Virus record (IMG/VR): IMGVR_UViG_3300036864_000176
Coordinates: 4,486-68,485 of that record
Length of the DNA: 64,000 nt
Origin: a virus
Strand: one strand, 5' to 3'
A program made the position numbers and the translations under genes. How positions within the stretch are numbered: the stretch's first letter is position 1; every line of letters starts with the position of its first letter. Of this stretch, positions 8,298-17,326 are shown piece by piece. The notes beneath the pieces are model-generated. The model saw only the letters and a list, made by a program, of their open reading frames with translations. It did no database searches and was not told where the DNA came from.

Positions 8298-8725
8298 CGC
8301 TGCCGTGCTCTCCGCTCGCGGACGCACGCACGACACCAGCGACGACCCTTCCAGTCGCGCCATGTGTTCTCGGTCGTGTACTCGTGTCCGCGTGGGCAAT
8401 GTGTGACGGCCGCGTTTCGGGCCGCAATGCCCTTCCCACGAAGTTGGTTGATCTGGTGAGTCACGACCTCAAGATGTGCCGGATTCACGCAGCGTGGGAT
8501 GCGGCACAAGTGATCGAGTTCTTTGTCGGCTGGAATGTGACCGACGAGAAATTCGTACGCGATGCGGTGGGCGTAGACAGCTGGTCGTTTCCGGAAATAG
8601 AACTGACCGTAGCCGTTCTTCAGACTCGCGGTCCACAACCAGCACGGTCCCAGCTCACGCCGGTACGCAGGCGGAGGGCCGACGACGACTTTCGACCAGA
8701 AGCGAATAGACTCTGGAACAGCCAT
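8282..8725 (-). CDS. HNH homing endonuclease
   Basis: RFWSKV..CWLWT..GYG..AHR..LDHLCR..CVNPAHLE; THCPRGH..CRAC. Confidence 0.93.
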   Translation of the reverse strand: MAVPESIRFWSKVVVGPPPAYRRELGPCWLWTASLKNGYGQFYFRKRPAVYAHRIAYEFLVGHIPADKELDHLCRIPRCVNPAHLEVVTHQINQLRGKGIAARNAAVTHCPRGHEYTTENTWRDWKGRRWCRACVRERRARQRQTPI

Positions 8726-8802
8726 GCGAGCAGCGCCTCGATCGCTGTGAACGTGGTAAGGCACGCAGCGGTGTTTCCGCACTGCTGCGCGCCGCTATCC
8801 TA
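8723..8802 (-). promoter_or_regulatory. HNH leader B (c4-a1b1-like architecture)
   Basis: TGG-TAGGAT; stem 8760-8793 with GCGGAAAC loop; CTTACCAC; second hairpin over GAGG/ATG. Confidence 0.65.
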
Positions 8803-8896
8803 CCATCGTGCGACCGCCGTGTAGAATCTCCCTGGGAGCCTATCCATTGCCGCGGACGCGTGGTTCACTGGGTGAACAAACCCGGGGGCTCCCGTA

Positions 8897-9022
8897 ATGT
8901 TGGACGACCCTGGCCGCGATCGGATGCTGGCGCTGTGGGACGCCGTGCTCTGGCTGGCGATCGGCTTCCTCGTCGGCGGTGCGTTCGTCGGCTGGTACGG
9001 GGTCGCGGCGCCGTGTAACTGA
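8897..9022 (+). CDS. Small single-pass membrane protein
   Basis: Read by hand: MLDDPGRDRMLALWDAVLWLAIGFLVGGAFVGWYGVAAPCN. Confidence 0.5.
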   Translation: MLDDPGRDRMLALWDAVLWLAIGFLVGGAFVGWYGVAAPCN

Positions 9023-9025
9023 CCC

Positions 9026-9238
9026 ATGGTGAACCGCCGCGCCTTTCTCCGCTCGCTCCTGGCGCTGCCGATCGCGGCGACCTTCGATGTCGAGAAGCTG
9101 CTCTGGGTACCGGGGCAGATGGTCGTCGTCCCACCGATGCCGACGGTGATCGCCGTTCGCTTCGCTCATATTTCCTACGAGGACATCCAGCGCGCGTACA
9201 TGGAATGCGTGCTCGGCCGGCTGCCGTACGATGGCTGA
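9026..9238 (+). CDS. Small protein with twin-arginine-like N-terminus
   Basis: MVNRRAFLRSLLALPIAA...LLWVPG. Confidence 0.65.
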   Translation: MVNRRAFLRSLLALPIAATFDVEKLLWVPGQMVVVPPMPTVIAVRFAHISYEDIQRAYMECVLGRLPYDG

Positions 9239-10199
9239 CTTCGTTTCCTTCCCACGAGCCGACAATCTCCTCTCGCCCAACCAGCAGCTGCTCGACGCCG
9301 CCCTCGCCGAAGCCCCCTACCGCGTCGCGCCCGGCTACGGGATGCGCTCGCTCAAGCCCGCCGACTGGAAGGCGCTCCAAGCCGAGCCGGACGACGCCGG
9401 CCTCTTCGATCGGCTCCAGGTCTACGAACCGCCGCGGAAGGGGTTCCTCTACGTCGTGCCGGTGGACGTCAGCAGCGGCATCGGGCTCGACCGCTCGGTC
9501 ATCGACGTCATCCGGGTCGCCACGATCCGCGAGCCGCATGAGCAGGTGGCGCAGTTCATCAGCGACCAGATCGATCCGTCCGACCTCGCTTACTTCGTCG
9601 ACGCCATCGGACGGCTCTACAGCGGCCGGGACGACCTCCCCGCCGAGGTTGCCGTCGAATGTGTCCCCGGCCCGGGCATGACGACGCAGGACACGCTCTT
9701 CAAGCGGCTCGGCTATCCGAACCTTTACATCTGGCAGGTGCTCGACAGCCGCGATCCGGCGAAAGCGTTCACGACGAAACTCGGCTGGTGGACGACCCGG
9801 CAGTCGCGGCCGATCATCCTGCAGGGGCTGCATCACGCGCTGAAGACGGTCGATCCCCACACCGGCGTGCCCGACTTCCGGCTCAACTCCCCGATCACGC
9901 GGCAGGAGCTGCGGACCTTCATCAGCCCCGGTCCAGTCTGGATGGCGGAGGCCGCCGAAGGCGCGTTCGACGACTGCGTGATGGCGGCCGCGATCGGCCT
10001 CTTCGTCGCTGAGCGCAAGCAGGAGACAACCCGCGAGACCATCCACGAAACGCGGCGGCGGCTCTCCGAGGAGTCGGCGCGGCTCACCGAACGGCGCCGC
10101 CAGGACAAGCACCCCATCACCGCGCAGACAACTGACGTAACTTTTGCTGAGCTTTATGGCTTGGCGGATCCGTACGACGCAGATCCACACATGATATAA
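9231..10199 (+). CDS. terL: Terminase large subunit, RNase H-like nuclease (C-terminal) part
   Basis: YEPP...VDVSSGIGLDRS...QVAQF...GYPNLY...GWWTT...DDCVMAAAI. Confidence 0.9.
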   Translation: MADFVSFPRADNLLSPNQQLLDAALAEAPYRVAPGYGMRSLKPADWKALQAEPDDAGLFDRLQVYEPPRKGFLYVVPVDVSSGIGLDRSVIDVIRVATIREPHEQVAQFISDQIDPSDLAYFVDAIGRLYSGRDDLPAEVAVECVPGPGMTTQDTLFKRLGYPNLYIWQVLDSRDPAKAFTTKLGWWTTRQSRPIILQGLHHALKTVDPHTGVPDFRLNSPITRQELRTFISPGPVWMAEAAEGAFDDCVMAAAIGLFVAERKQETTRETIHETRRRLSEESARLTERRRQDKHPITAQTTDVTFAELYGLADPYDADPHMI

Positions 10200-10266
10200 A
10201 CCGGTGCGGATCGGCGCGTGTTCAGCACGCCGACCCGCTGGAACATCGAAAGGGGGACTTCCGATG
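10192..10266 (+). promoter_or_regulatory. HNH leader C: -10 box, hairpin, RBS-sequestering hairpin
   Basis: TGA-TATAAA; stem 10206-10238 with GTTCAGC loop; CATCG-AAAGGGGG...-CGATG. Confidence 0.65.
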
Positions 10267-10770
10267 CTCGCGACTGCTGTAGTAGACCGCTTTTGGACGT
10301 GTGTCAACAAGCAGGGCAGAGAACAGCCGGATGGCACACGTTGTTGGGAATGGACGGCCGGGCGCTCGCACGGGTACGGGCTGGCTCGGTGGCTTTCGTG
10401 GGAAGGAGCACACCGATTCTCATGGCGGCTGCACCGAGGACCGATTCCGCCGGGCAAATGCGTCCTGCACCGATGCGACAACCCACCATGCGTGAATCCC
10501 GATCATCTGTTCCTTGGCACCAAAGGCGACAACGCTGCCGACATGGCGGCGAAGGGACGGGCGATCGGCTGGCCTCGACGCGAGGTTGTCTGTCATCGTG
10601 GCCATCCGCTCACAGGCGCGAACGTGCTCTACAGAGCGGCAGGAACCCGCTCATGTCGGATCTGCTTCAATCGCTGGCAGCGGGAGTACCGGAAACGCAC
10701 CAACTACAACGAGCAGCAGCGGGCGTACCGGAGACGAAAGGCCAATGAAGGTCACACTGACCCTGGATGA
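10264..10770 (+). CDS. HNH homing endonuclease
   Basis: DRFW..CWEWT..GYG..AHR..VLHRCDNPPCVNPDHL..DN; CHRGH..CRIC. Confidence 0.93.
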   Translation: MLATAVVDRFWTCVNKQGREQPDGTRCWEWTAGRSHGYGLARWLSWEGAHRFSWRLHRGPIPPGKCVLHRCDNPPCVNPDHLFLGTKGDNAADMAAKGRAIGWPRREVVCHRGHPLTGANVLYRAAGTRSCRICFNRWQREYRKRTNYNEQQRAYRRRKANEGHTDPG

Positions 10771-11140
10771 CGAGATTGCAGAGTATTACCAGAAGGAAGC
10801 GGTCAGTCGGCGTGTCGCGGTCGGTGTGGTGATCAACGAACGGCTCGCCCTCGCGCGCCCGCTCAATCCGCGGCACCGATCAATCGTCGTTGGCGATCCT
10901 GACATCATCCATCGCCTCGAGCGCGCGCTGGGCGGCGGGCATCTCCTGGGCGAACGCGATCTGCTCAGCAAGGTCGAGCGCCTGGCGCGCATCGACTTCG
11001 GGCCGCACACCTTCCAGATCACCCCCGGCCAGTTCGAAGAGCTGAAGTTCCGCGCCGGCAAGACCGGCCGGTCGGTCGAGCAGCTGGTCGCCGACATGTA
11101 CACGAAAATGAGCGAAGATTTTTTCCGGGCTGTGCCGTAG
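10745..11140 (+). CDS. Ribbon-helix-helix-like DNA-binding protein
   Basis: MKVTLTLDDEIAEYYQKEA... and a second RHH-like unit (FQITPGQFEELKFRAGKTGRSVEQLV). Confidence 0.5.
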   Translation: MKVTLTLDDEIAEYYQKEAVSRRVAVGVVINERLALARPLNPRHRSIVVGDPDIIHRLERALGGGHLLGERDLLSKVERLARIDFGPHTFQITPGQFEELKFRAGKTGRSVEQLVADMYTKMSEDFFRAVP

Positions 11141-11148
11141 GAGGACCG

Positions 11149-11835
11149 ATGCGTCGTTACAAAGCTGCCGGCTTGTTCACCGCACTGGGCCTCGCCCTCG
11201 GGATGCTCGTCACGCTCGGTGGCCAGCAGGCCACCATCACCACGACTGTACCGACCCTGCCCAGTAATCAAGCGCAATGGGGCGGCAGCACGCTCACCGC
11301 GGCGGCCGTCCTCGGCGACACCACCGGCAATCCGACGGCGCCGCTCGTCGGCGAGGCCGGCATGGTCTGGGACACGACGCAGTGGTCGCGGCACAAGGGC
11401 ACCGCCCTCGCCACGATGCCGACGGCCGTCACGCTCACGTCACGGAACATCGTCGGCGGCGCGATTACCGAGCGGTCGTCGCGCTGGTCGGTCGTCCACA
11501 ATCCGGCCGCGAGTTCGCAGGCTACGGCGTCGATTGCCGCGGAAGGCTCGGTCCGGCATGTCGCCGACTGCATCGCGTTCAGCGCCGGATCGACCAGCGC
11601 GCCCGCGCTCACGGCGCTCACCGTCAACCTGCGCGACGGGGCGACCGGGGCCGGCACAATCATCTGGACGCATGAAGTCATCGTCGCCAACGCGACGGGG
11701 CAGAACGTCCCGCCCTTCTCGACCTGCGGCCTCAACCTGCCGGGGACGACGAACACGGCGATGACGCTCGAGTTCTCGGCCCTGCTGACGAACCTGATCG
11801 AGAGCGTGTCGATTTCCGGCTTTAACGTACAGTGA
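11149..11835 (+). CDS. Beta-rich virion-like protein with N-terminal signal/TM segment
   Basis: MRRYKAAGLFTALGLALGMLVTLGG; Thr/Ala/Gly-rich body; GGAGG RBS. Confidence 0.7.
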   Translation: MRRYKAAGLFTALGLALGMLVTLGGQQATITTTVPTLPSNQAQWGGSTLTAAAVLGDTTGNPTAPLVGEAGMVWDTTQWSRHKGTALATMPTAVTLTSRNIVGGAITERSSRWSVVHNPAASSQATASIAAEGSVRHVADCIAFSAGSTSAPALTALTVNLRDGATGAGTIIWTHEVIVANATGQNVPPFSTCGLNLPGTTNTAMTLEFSALLTNLIESVSISGFNVQ

Positions 11836-11857
11836 CCTGAGCCGAGGTGAGCGCCTG

Positions 11858-11992
11858 ATGTTTGCCAACGTCCACTTCCTGCTCATCATCCTCGCCTTCG
11901 GCCTGACGATCGTCAGTGGCACGACGGGCAAGTGTCCGTTGTGGGTGCCACTGCTGCTGGTCACGATCGCCATGCTGATTGGAGTGCGGTGA
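11858..11992 (+). CDS. Small two-TM protein (holin-like)
   Basis: Read by hand: MFANVHFLLIILAFGLTIVSGTTGKCPLWVPLLLVTIAMLIGVR. Confidence 0.6.
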   Translation: MFANVHFLLIILAFGLTIVSGTTGKCPLWVPLLLVTIAMLIGVR

Positions 11993-12426
11993 TGGATGCG
12001 GCGACGGCGACGGATCCGATGGAAGGCTTAAAGCCAGGGAGAATCGTCTACTACGTCTTCAGCCAGCAGACGGCGGACGAAGTGAACCGGCGGCGGACGA
12101 CCAGCAACTCGATCGCCGAGCGGATGGAAACCGAGATCGAGCCTGTGTTCGGCGATCGTCTGCCCGCCTGGCCGGTTGGCGCACAGGCGCACATCGGCAA
12201 TCCGGTCTCGCCTGGAGACATCTATCCGGCAATGGTCGTGCGCGTGTTCGAGGAGGCGGCGTTCAGTCGATCGATCAACCTCAAGGTGCTGCTCGACGGC
12301 AGCGACGACTTCTGGGCGGTCTCTGTGCCCTACGACGAGGCGAAGCGGCCGGCGACCTGGCACTGGATGTTTGAAGGACAAAATACGCGGTACCAGCCGG
12401 ATCGGGTGGAGAAGTCGAATGCCTAG
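11992..12426 (+). CDS. Conserved phage protein (GRIVxY...NLKVLLDG...TWHW type)
   Basis: Recognisable phage hypothetical motif set; TGATG coupling. Confidence 0.75.
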   Translation: MDAATATDPMEGLKPGRIVYYVFSQQTADEVNRRRTTSNSIAERMETEIEPVFGDRLPAWPVGAQAHIGNPVSPGDIYPAMVVRVFEEAAFSRSINLKVLLDGSDDFWAVSVPYDEAKRPATWHWMFEGQNTRYQPDRVEKSNA

Positions 12427-12898
12427 ACAGCGCTTTCTCTGCCCGCGCTGCGGCTTCGTCGGCGAAATTTTCTATCCGCCGCCGGTCTACGATGCCGATC
12501 ACAACCGGCTCTCGGTCTATCCCGCCTGCCCGGAGTGCCGATCCGTGGACTACCTCGCACAGCAGACGCTCGTCCCCTACCCGGATCGGCTGCAGCACGA
12601 TCTCCTCACCGGGGGCACCGGCCTGGTGGTCGAGAACGAACGCGGCCAGGACGTGACCATCTCCTCGCTCGGCGAGATCCGGACCATCGAACGGGAATCG
12701 CTCCGGCGCGCGAGCAACGGCGACGGCTCCCCGATGGTCTTCCGTGGCTTCAGCCAGAACCGCAGCAACCGCGGCCAGAACACGCTGCGGGGGTCGGAGT
12801 TCGAGAAGAACCGGTCGGTCCGGATCGAGCGGCCGACGACGGTGCGCGGGTTGCCGATCAGGCCGCGCGTCATCAGTGAGTCGGAGGCACCGAAATGA
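12419..12898 (+). CDS. FmdB-like zinc-ribbon protein
   Basis: MPRQRFLCPRCG...CPEC; typical neighbour of portal genes. Confidence 0.65.
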   Translation: MPRQRFLCPRCGFVGEIFYPPPVYDADHNRLSVYPACPECRSVDYLAQQTLVPYPDRLQHDLLTGGTGLVVENERGQDVTISSLGEIRTIERESLRRASNGDGSPMVFRGFSQNRSNRGQNTLRGSEFEKNRSVRIERPTTVRGLPIRPRVISESEAPK

Positions 12899-13248
12899 CA
12901 CGTCCTATCGCTACGTCTGAGGAACTTCGTGCGCGGTTGCTTGATTACATCGAACCGGAACCGATGTCGGGCTGCTGGCTCTGGACGGCGTCACTCGGAC
13001 CGAAAGGCTACGGCCAGATCAGCGCGTTCATCGACGGGTGCCGCCGCCTCTGGCGCGCACACCGGCTCGCATGGCGGCTGTTTCGCGGTACGATTCCCAC
13101 CGATCGCTACGTCCTGCACAGTTGCGACACGCCCTGCTGCATCAACCCCGATCATCTCTGGCTCGGCACGCAGGCCGACAACCTCGCGGACAACCGACGG
13201 AAGGGCCGACCCATGGGCCGCTACGCTCACCGGCAGACAGCCGCATAG
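12895..13248 (+). CDS. HNH homing endonuclease
   Basis: EPMSGCWLWT..GYG..AHR..VLHSCDTPCCINPDHL..DN. Confidence 0.93.
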   Translation: MTRPIATSEELRARLLDYIEPEPMSGCWLWTASLGPKGYGQISAFIDGCRRLWRAHRLAWRLFRGTIPTDRYVLHSCDTPCCINPDHLWLGTQADNLADNRRKGRPMGRYAHRQTAA

Positions 13249-13257
13249 AATCCCGCA

Positions 13258-15459
13258 ATGGCGCCTGCAATCGTCCAGTCAGTCAACCGCGCTGAGAACC
13301 CACTCCTGAAGGCAACCGACAGCTTCCTCAAACCCGGGCAGACGACGGGGCCGGTTCTCGATTGGATCAAAGAGGCCGTTGCGGAGGGTGAGGCGTTCAT
13401 GCAGGCGGACCCTGCATGGGACACCGTGGATCGAAATCAAGACTACATCATGGGGCGGCAGCGGGCGCTCCAGATCACCGAGCTCAGGCCCGCCTACGTC
13501 AGTCACGCCGTGCTCAACGAGACCAAGCGCACGCGCCGCCGCCACGTCTCGGCGCTCACCGATCTCAAACCCGTCTACGCCTACCGTACGCCGAATCCGA
13601 ACTTCCAGAAGCAGGGCCTCCTCCTCAATCAGCTGACCGTCGTCCACTGGATCAATACGTTCGCCGACCTCGCCCTCGCTGACGCCGCCGACTATGCCTT
13701 TGCCTGCGGCAGCGGCGACATCGTCTGCGAGTACGATCCGTACTACGGACCGATGGGCGACATCGTCATGTCCGCGCGCGATCCGCGCGACACGATTCCG
13801 ATCCGGCCGTCGCGCGATGGGTCGCTTCAAAATTGGTTCGGCATGATCATCCGCGAAGCGCATTCGATCAATGTGCTGCGCCAGATGTACCCGAATCACC
13901 CGGCACTCCTGCAGCAGTCGGCGTCACCGTGGGGCGGCGGGGTCTTCACCAAGTGGAAGCGCGCGCTCAACCGCATCATGGGGTCGGGCTCGACCTCGAC
14001 GCTCGCCGGCCTGTCGAAGGTGCACTCCGGATCGTCGCAGCTCACCGGCAGCGAGATCATCCTCTACCGCTGCTACTTCAACGACGCCTCGATCAACACG
14101 ACCAGCCACACCGTGCTGATGGGCCCGCCCGGCGCGGCGTGGTCATATCTCGTTCCGCCCGGCGGCCGTCTTTATCCGCGCAAGCGCCTGGTCGTCGCCA
14201 CCGAAGCGGGCATCCTCTGGGACGGGCCGAACACCTACTGGCACGGCATGTTCCCGACGGCGCGGCTGCAGCTCGATCACGTCCCGTGGTCCTTCTTCGG
14301 CGTGCCGATTGTCGATTCCAACCTGCCGATTCAGGACGCGATCAACGACCTGCTGAACTACATGCTGGACGACATCCGGCAGAAGAAGCGGCCGCCGCTG
14401 GCCGGCAACGCGCGCGTCAGCGAGCCGAAGCTGAAACAGTTCGATCCGCTCAAGCCGAACGCGCGCATCCGCACCGAAGAGCAGGTCGGCACCGGCCTGC
14501 AGGTCGTGGAGATTCCGGATCTCCCCGCCTACACGCTCGAACTGTGGCAAGCGCTCCGCACGGCGTTTCACGAAGCAACCGGTGACTCCACACTCGACGC
14601 GCTGCAGGCCGCCGCCGCCAACCAATCCTTCGATCCCGAGCAGATCGAAGCCTTTATGAACGCCCTCAGCCCGGAGATGAAGCTCGAGGGCCGCCGGGTG
14701 GAGGTCTGCCTGCGCGAGCTGGCGGAGATGCAGAAGGCGAACATCTTCCAGTTCTACGACACGAAGAAGCGCATGGCGATTCTCGGCGATGCGGGGACGA
14801 CGCTCGCCGATTTTGACTTCGACCCCGGCAGTCTCATTCCGGCGATGGTGCCGGGGCAGCCTGGCTATCATCAGGAGCTCGACGCCAACCGTGATCAGAA
14901 GGATCGCGCGCAGTTCTTTCTCCAGCTGTTCACCTTCTACGTCACGCCCAATTCGCTGCTCGCGCTCAACGCGAAGTCGGAGCAGTTGAAGTACGTCCAG
15001 CTCGCACGCGCGGGCCTGTGCGATCGGTGGACGCTCTGGGAGAAGCTGGAGATTCCCAACGCCGGATCGCCGCCGAAGATGCTGCTGCCACTCGATGAAT
15101 CCGGCGAAGCGGGCCAGGCCGATCCCCAGCTGATCGCCGAAGTCGCTTCTGGCCTGCACCCGGACATGAGCCTCGATCCCAACACCGGCGAGCTGCTGGT
15201 ACTCCGCGCACCGACGACGATCACCGAGCGGCTGCTGGCCGAGCAGGAGCTGTTCATGGGCGGCATGACCGTCGGCCCGGCCGGATCGAGTGCCGGGCAG
15301 GGCCAGCCGACCAGCGGCGGCGGCCCCGGCGGCGGCGGCATGGGCGGGGCGCGGCAGGGGGCCGGGCGAAAGGCGACCGCGCAGAAGTCGCCGTCGATCG
15401 AGCGGCAGCCGATCCCCGGCGGCGGCGAGCGGATCAAGATGGTGGAGAGCCGACGCTGA
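13258..15459 (+). CDS. Portal protein
   Basis: 733 aa between terminase and scaffold/capsid; helical; P22-like pattern (N..KR....SALT..KP; PW...G......PIQD.IN). Confidence 0.85.
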   Translation: MAPAIVQSVNRAENPLLKATDSFLKPGQTTGPVLDWIKEAVAEGEAFMQADPAWDTVDRNQDYIMGRQRALQITELRPAYVSHAVLNETKRTRRRHVSALTDLKPVYAYRTPNPNFQKQGLLLNQLTVVHWINTFADLALADAADYAFACGSGDIVCEYDPYYGPMGDIVMSARDPRDTIPIRPSRDGSLQNWFGMIIREAHSINVLRQMYPNHPALLQQSASPWGGGVFTKWKRALNRIMGSGSTSTLAGLSKVHSGSSQLTGSEIILYRCYFNDASINTTSHTVLMGPPGAAWSYLVPPGGRLYPRKRLVVATEAGILWDGPNTYWHGMFPTARLQLDHVPWSFFGVPIVDSNLPIQDAINDLLNYMLDDIRQKKRPPLAGNARVSEPKLKQFDPLKPNARIRTEEQVGTGLQVVEIPDLPAYTLELWQALRTAFHEATGDSTLDALQAAAANQSFDPEQIEAFMNALSPEMKLEGRRVEVCLRELAEMQKANIFQFYDTKKRMAILGDAGTTLADFDFDPGSLIPAMVPGQPGYHQELDANRDQKDRAQFFLQLFTFYVTPNSLLALNAKSEQLKYVQLARAGLCDRWTLWEKLEIPNAGSPPKMLLPLDESGEAGQADPQLIAEVASGLHPDMSLDPNTGELLVLRAPTTITERLLAEQELFMGGMTVGPAGSSAGQGQPTSGGGPGGGGMGGARQGAGRKATAQKSPSIERQPIPGGGERIKMVESRR

Positions 15460-15533
15460 TGTGGATGATCGTCCTGGTCTTTCTCATCGGGGCGTGCGTG
15501 GGCGCGGTCTTCGTGCTCTTGATTCGTGACTGA

Positions 15534-15761
15534 ATGAGCCGCCTCACCGATCTGCTCGCCCGCTACGCCGCCCACCACCAGCCAATCGATCTCCGCCTGG
15601 TCGAGTCGATCATTCGGCAGGAGAAGCTCACCGGCTCCCTCACGATCCACTATCGCCACGGGCAGCCGAAGCTGCTCGAGGCCGGCAAGCCGATCGTGGT
15701 CGAGGTCGAGCCCGACAGCACGCACCCTGCCGATCAAAACTTGACACCGGCCCGCCTCTAG
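15534..15761 (+). CDS. Small DUF2292/YezD-like protein
   Basis: Helix followed by TGSLTIHYRHGQP beta-hairpin; its 3' end contains the next promoter. Confidence 0.6.
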   Translation: MSRLTDLLARYAAHHQPIDLRLVESIIRQEKLTGSLTIHYRHGQPKLLEAGKPIVVEVEPDSTHPADQNLTPARL

Positions 15762-15870
15762 CCGCACTCTCTCGATCGCGAATCAACGGGCCGACTGACC
15801 ACCTGACGAGTGGTCGACGCCCGACCGCGACGCGGCTTCTCTCCCCGCGCGTGGTCGGGCGTTTCGTTGT
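15741..15870 (+). promoter_or_regulatory. Promoter and attenuator-like leader of head-gene operon
   Basis: TTGACA-18-CACTCT; GACCAC/GTGGTC hairpin; 14-bp GC stem 15816-15863 ending in TTTCGTTGT. Confidence 0.6.
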
Positions 15871-15882
15871 ACGGAGTGATTG

Positions 15883-16302
15883 ATGGCGAAACGACAGAAC
15901 GACGAGCACGACGCCGCGGTGAAAACCCTGAAGGACGAGGCCACGACGGCGTACGACACGGATATGGCGGCGGCGTATCCCCCGGACCCGGCACCGCCTG
16001 CCGCCGCAGCTCCCGCTCCGACCGGTACCGAATCCACACCGCCGGCCGCCACCGCTGAACCCACCGCGGCCCCAACGACCGAATCCGCGGCGTCGTCCGA
16101 GCAGGATTTCGACATCATGCTCAAGAGCAACGACAACCCGACCGCGACGCAGACCGTCGTTGCGCGCGGGATCGATCCCGGCCTGGCCGCGCAGACGGCG
16201 ATGCGGCAGCACCCGGGCTGGACAGCCGATCACGCGCAGACGCACCCGCACGACGAGGCACCGACGACACACCCGGCGGACACGACCCACGGTGAGCGGT
16301 GA
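15883..16302 (+). CDS. Acidic Pro/Ala/Thr-rich hypothetical protein
   Basis: GGAG RBS; first gene after the leader. Confidence 0.65.
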   Translation: MAKRQNDEHDAAVKTLKDEATTAYDTDMAAAYPPDPAPPAAAAPAPTGTESTPPAATAEPTAAPTTESAASSEQDFDIMLKSNDNPTATQTVVARGIDPGLAAQTAMRQHPGWTADHAQTHPHDEAPTTHPADTTHGER

Positions 16303-16325
16303 CACGCTGACGAGGGAGTAGGACG

Positions 16326-16478
16326 ATGGCCTACGTCGGCTTTAACAAACTGAAAGGACAGCTGGCGAAGAAGGGGGGCATCAGCAACCCGGGTGCGCTG
16401 GCCGCGTCCATCGGCAGAAAAAAGTACGGCGCGAAGAAGTTCAACAAGGCGGCGGCGACGGGCAAGAAACTCGGGTGA
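16326..16478 (+). CDS. Small Lys-rich protein
   Basis: Read by hand: MAYVGFNKLKGQLAKKGGISNPGALAASIGRKKYGAKKFNKAAATGKKLG; GGGAG RBS. Confidence 0.75.
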   Translation: MAYVGFNKLKGQLAKKGGISNPGALAASIGRKKYGAKKFNKAAATGKKLG

Positions 16479-16482
16479 GTCG

Positions 16483-16650
16483 ATGCCGCTCACGTCGAAG
16501 AAACAGGCGTTCGACGAGTTCAAGGCCGGCACGCTCCACAGTGGGAAAGGCGGCCCGGTCGTCAAGAATCGGAAGCAGGCGATCGCCATTGCGCTCAGTG
16601 TCGATCGCCGCATGAAAGGCAAGTCCCGATCACTCGGAGGGAGGCGGTAG
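16483..16650 (+). CDS. DUF6496-like small basic protein
   Basis: EFKAGTLHSG.G..VKNRKQAIAIALS. Confidence 0.8.
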   Translation: MPLTSKKQAFDEFKAGTLHSGKGGPVVKNRKQAIAIALSVDRRMKGKSRSLGGRR

Positions 16651-16794
16651 ATGGCGTTCAGTATGCCGCGGCCGAAGATGGCCGCACCCGGAAGCGGCGC
16701 GAAGCGGCTGGGACCGAAAGTCCCATCGAAACGTATCGGCGGCATCCGCACCAATTTCACCCAAGGCATTGCGATGCCGAAGATGAGCAAGTAA
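16651..16794 (+). CDS. Small basic protein
   Basis: Read by hand: MAFSMPRPKMAAPGSGAKRLGPKVPSKRIGGIRTNFTQGIAMPKMSK; GGAGG RBS. Confidence 0.6.
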   Translation: MAFSMPRPKMAAPGSGAKRLGPKVPSKRIGGIRTNFTQGIAMPKMSK

Positions 16795-16879
16795 CGAGGA
16801 GCCCGCTGTCGCCGACGTCCGCTGGGAATCACGCCATCGCCCCCGGCGTGATGGACCGCTCGCGGCAGCGTCTTTCATC

Positions 16880-17326
16880 ATGGCCTTTGGTCCCGCGCAA
16901 CTCGACGCCCCACCGCCCAGCCCGGTGACCTCACCGCCGGCCGCGCGCGAGTCGTCGCAGCTCGGCATGTTGACCGGCGGAGCGCCGCCGCTGTCGGGCA
17001 TGGCTGGACCTGGCGGGGGTGGACCGTCCGGGATGCCGCAGGGACCGGATCTCACCGGCATCATGGCGCTCGGCAGCAAGATCGACGAAGGCGTGCTCAC
17101 GCTGGCGAGCGTGATGCCGGAAGTCGCGCCGCAGCTCGATCAGGCGCGCGAGCTCATCGCCAACGCCGTAGCCAGCTTCATCCAGACCGTCAGCGGCAGC
17201 CAGGGGGCGGCACCGGGCATCCCCGGCGCACCGGGGGGCACGGCCGGGATGCCGCGCGGCGGCGGCGTCGTCCAGGCCGGCAACCAGTTTCCTGGGGGCG
17301 GCTTCGGCGCAGGCCGGGTGGCCTGA
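16880..17326 (+). CDS. Pro/Gly-rich head-region protein
   Basis: Disordered ends around a helical hairpin; lies before scaffold. Confidence 0.7.
   Translation: MAFGPAQLDAPPPSPVTSPPAARESSQLGMLTGGAPPLSGMAGPGGGGPSGMPQGPDLTGIMALGSKIDEGVLTLASVMPEVAPQLDQARELIANAVASFIQTVSGSQGAAPGIPGAPGGTAGMPRGGGVVQAGNQFPGGGFGAGRVA

Noticed and set aside
8298-9230. Group I intron or intein explanation for the terL gap
   Set aside because: HNH is antisense, extra sense genes are present, both halves have their own ends, and no P7-like core or intein termini were seen; only RT-PCR would exclude it fully
15803-15835. CTGACGA plus stem as a hammerhead ribozyme
   Set aside because: Stem is followed by GACG rather than GAAA, and stems I/III cannot be formed
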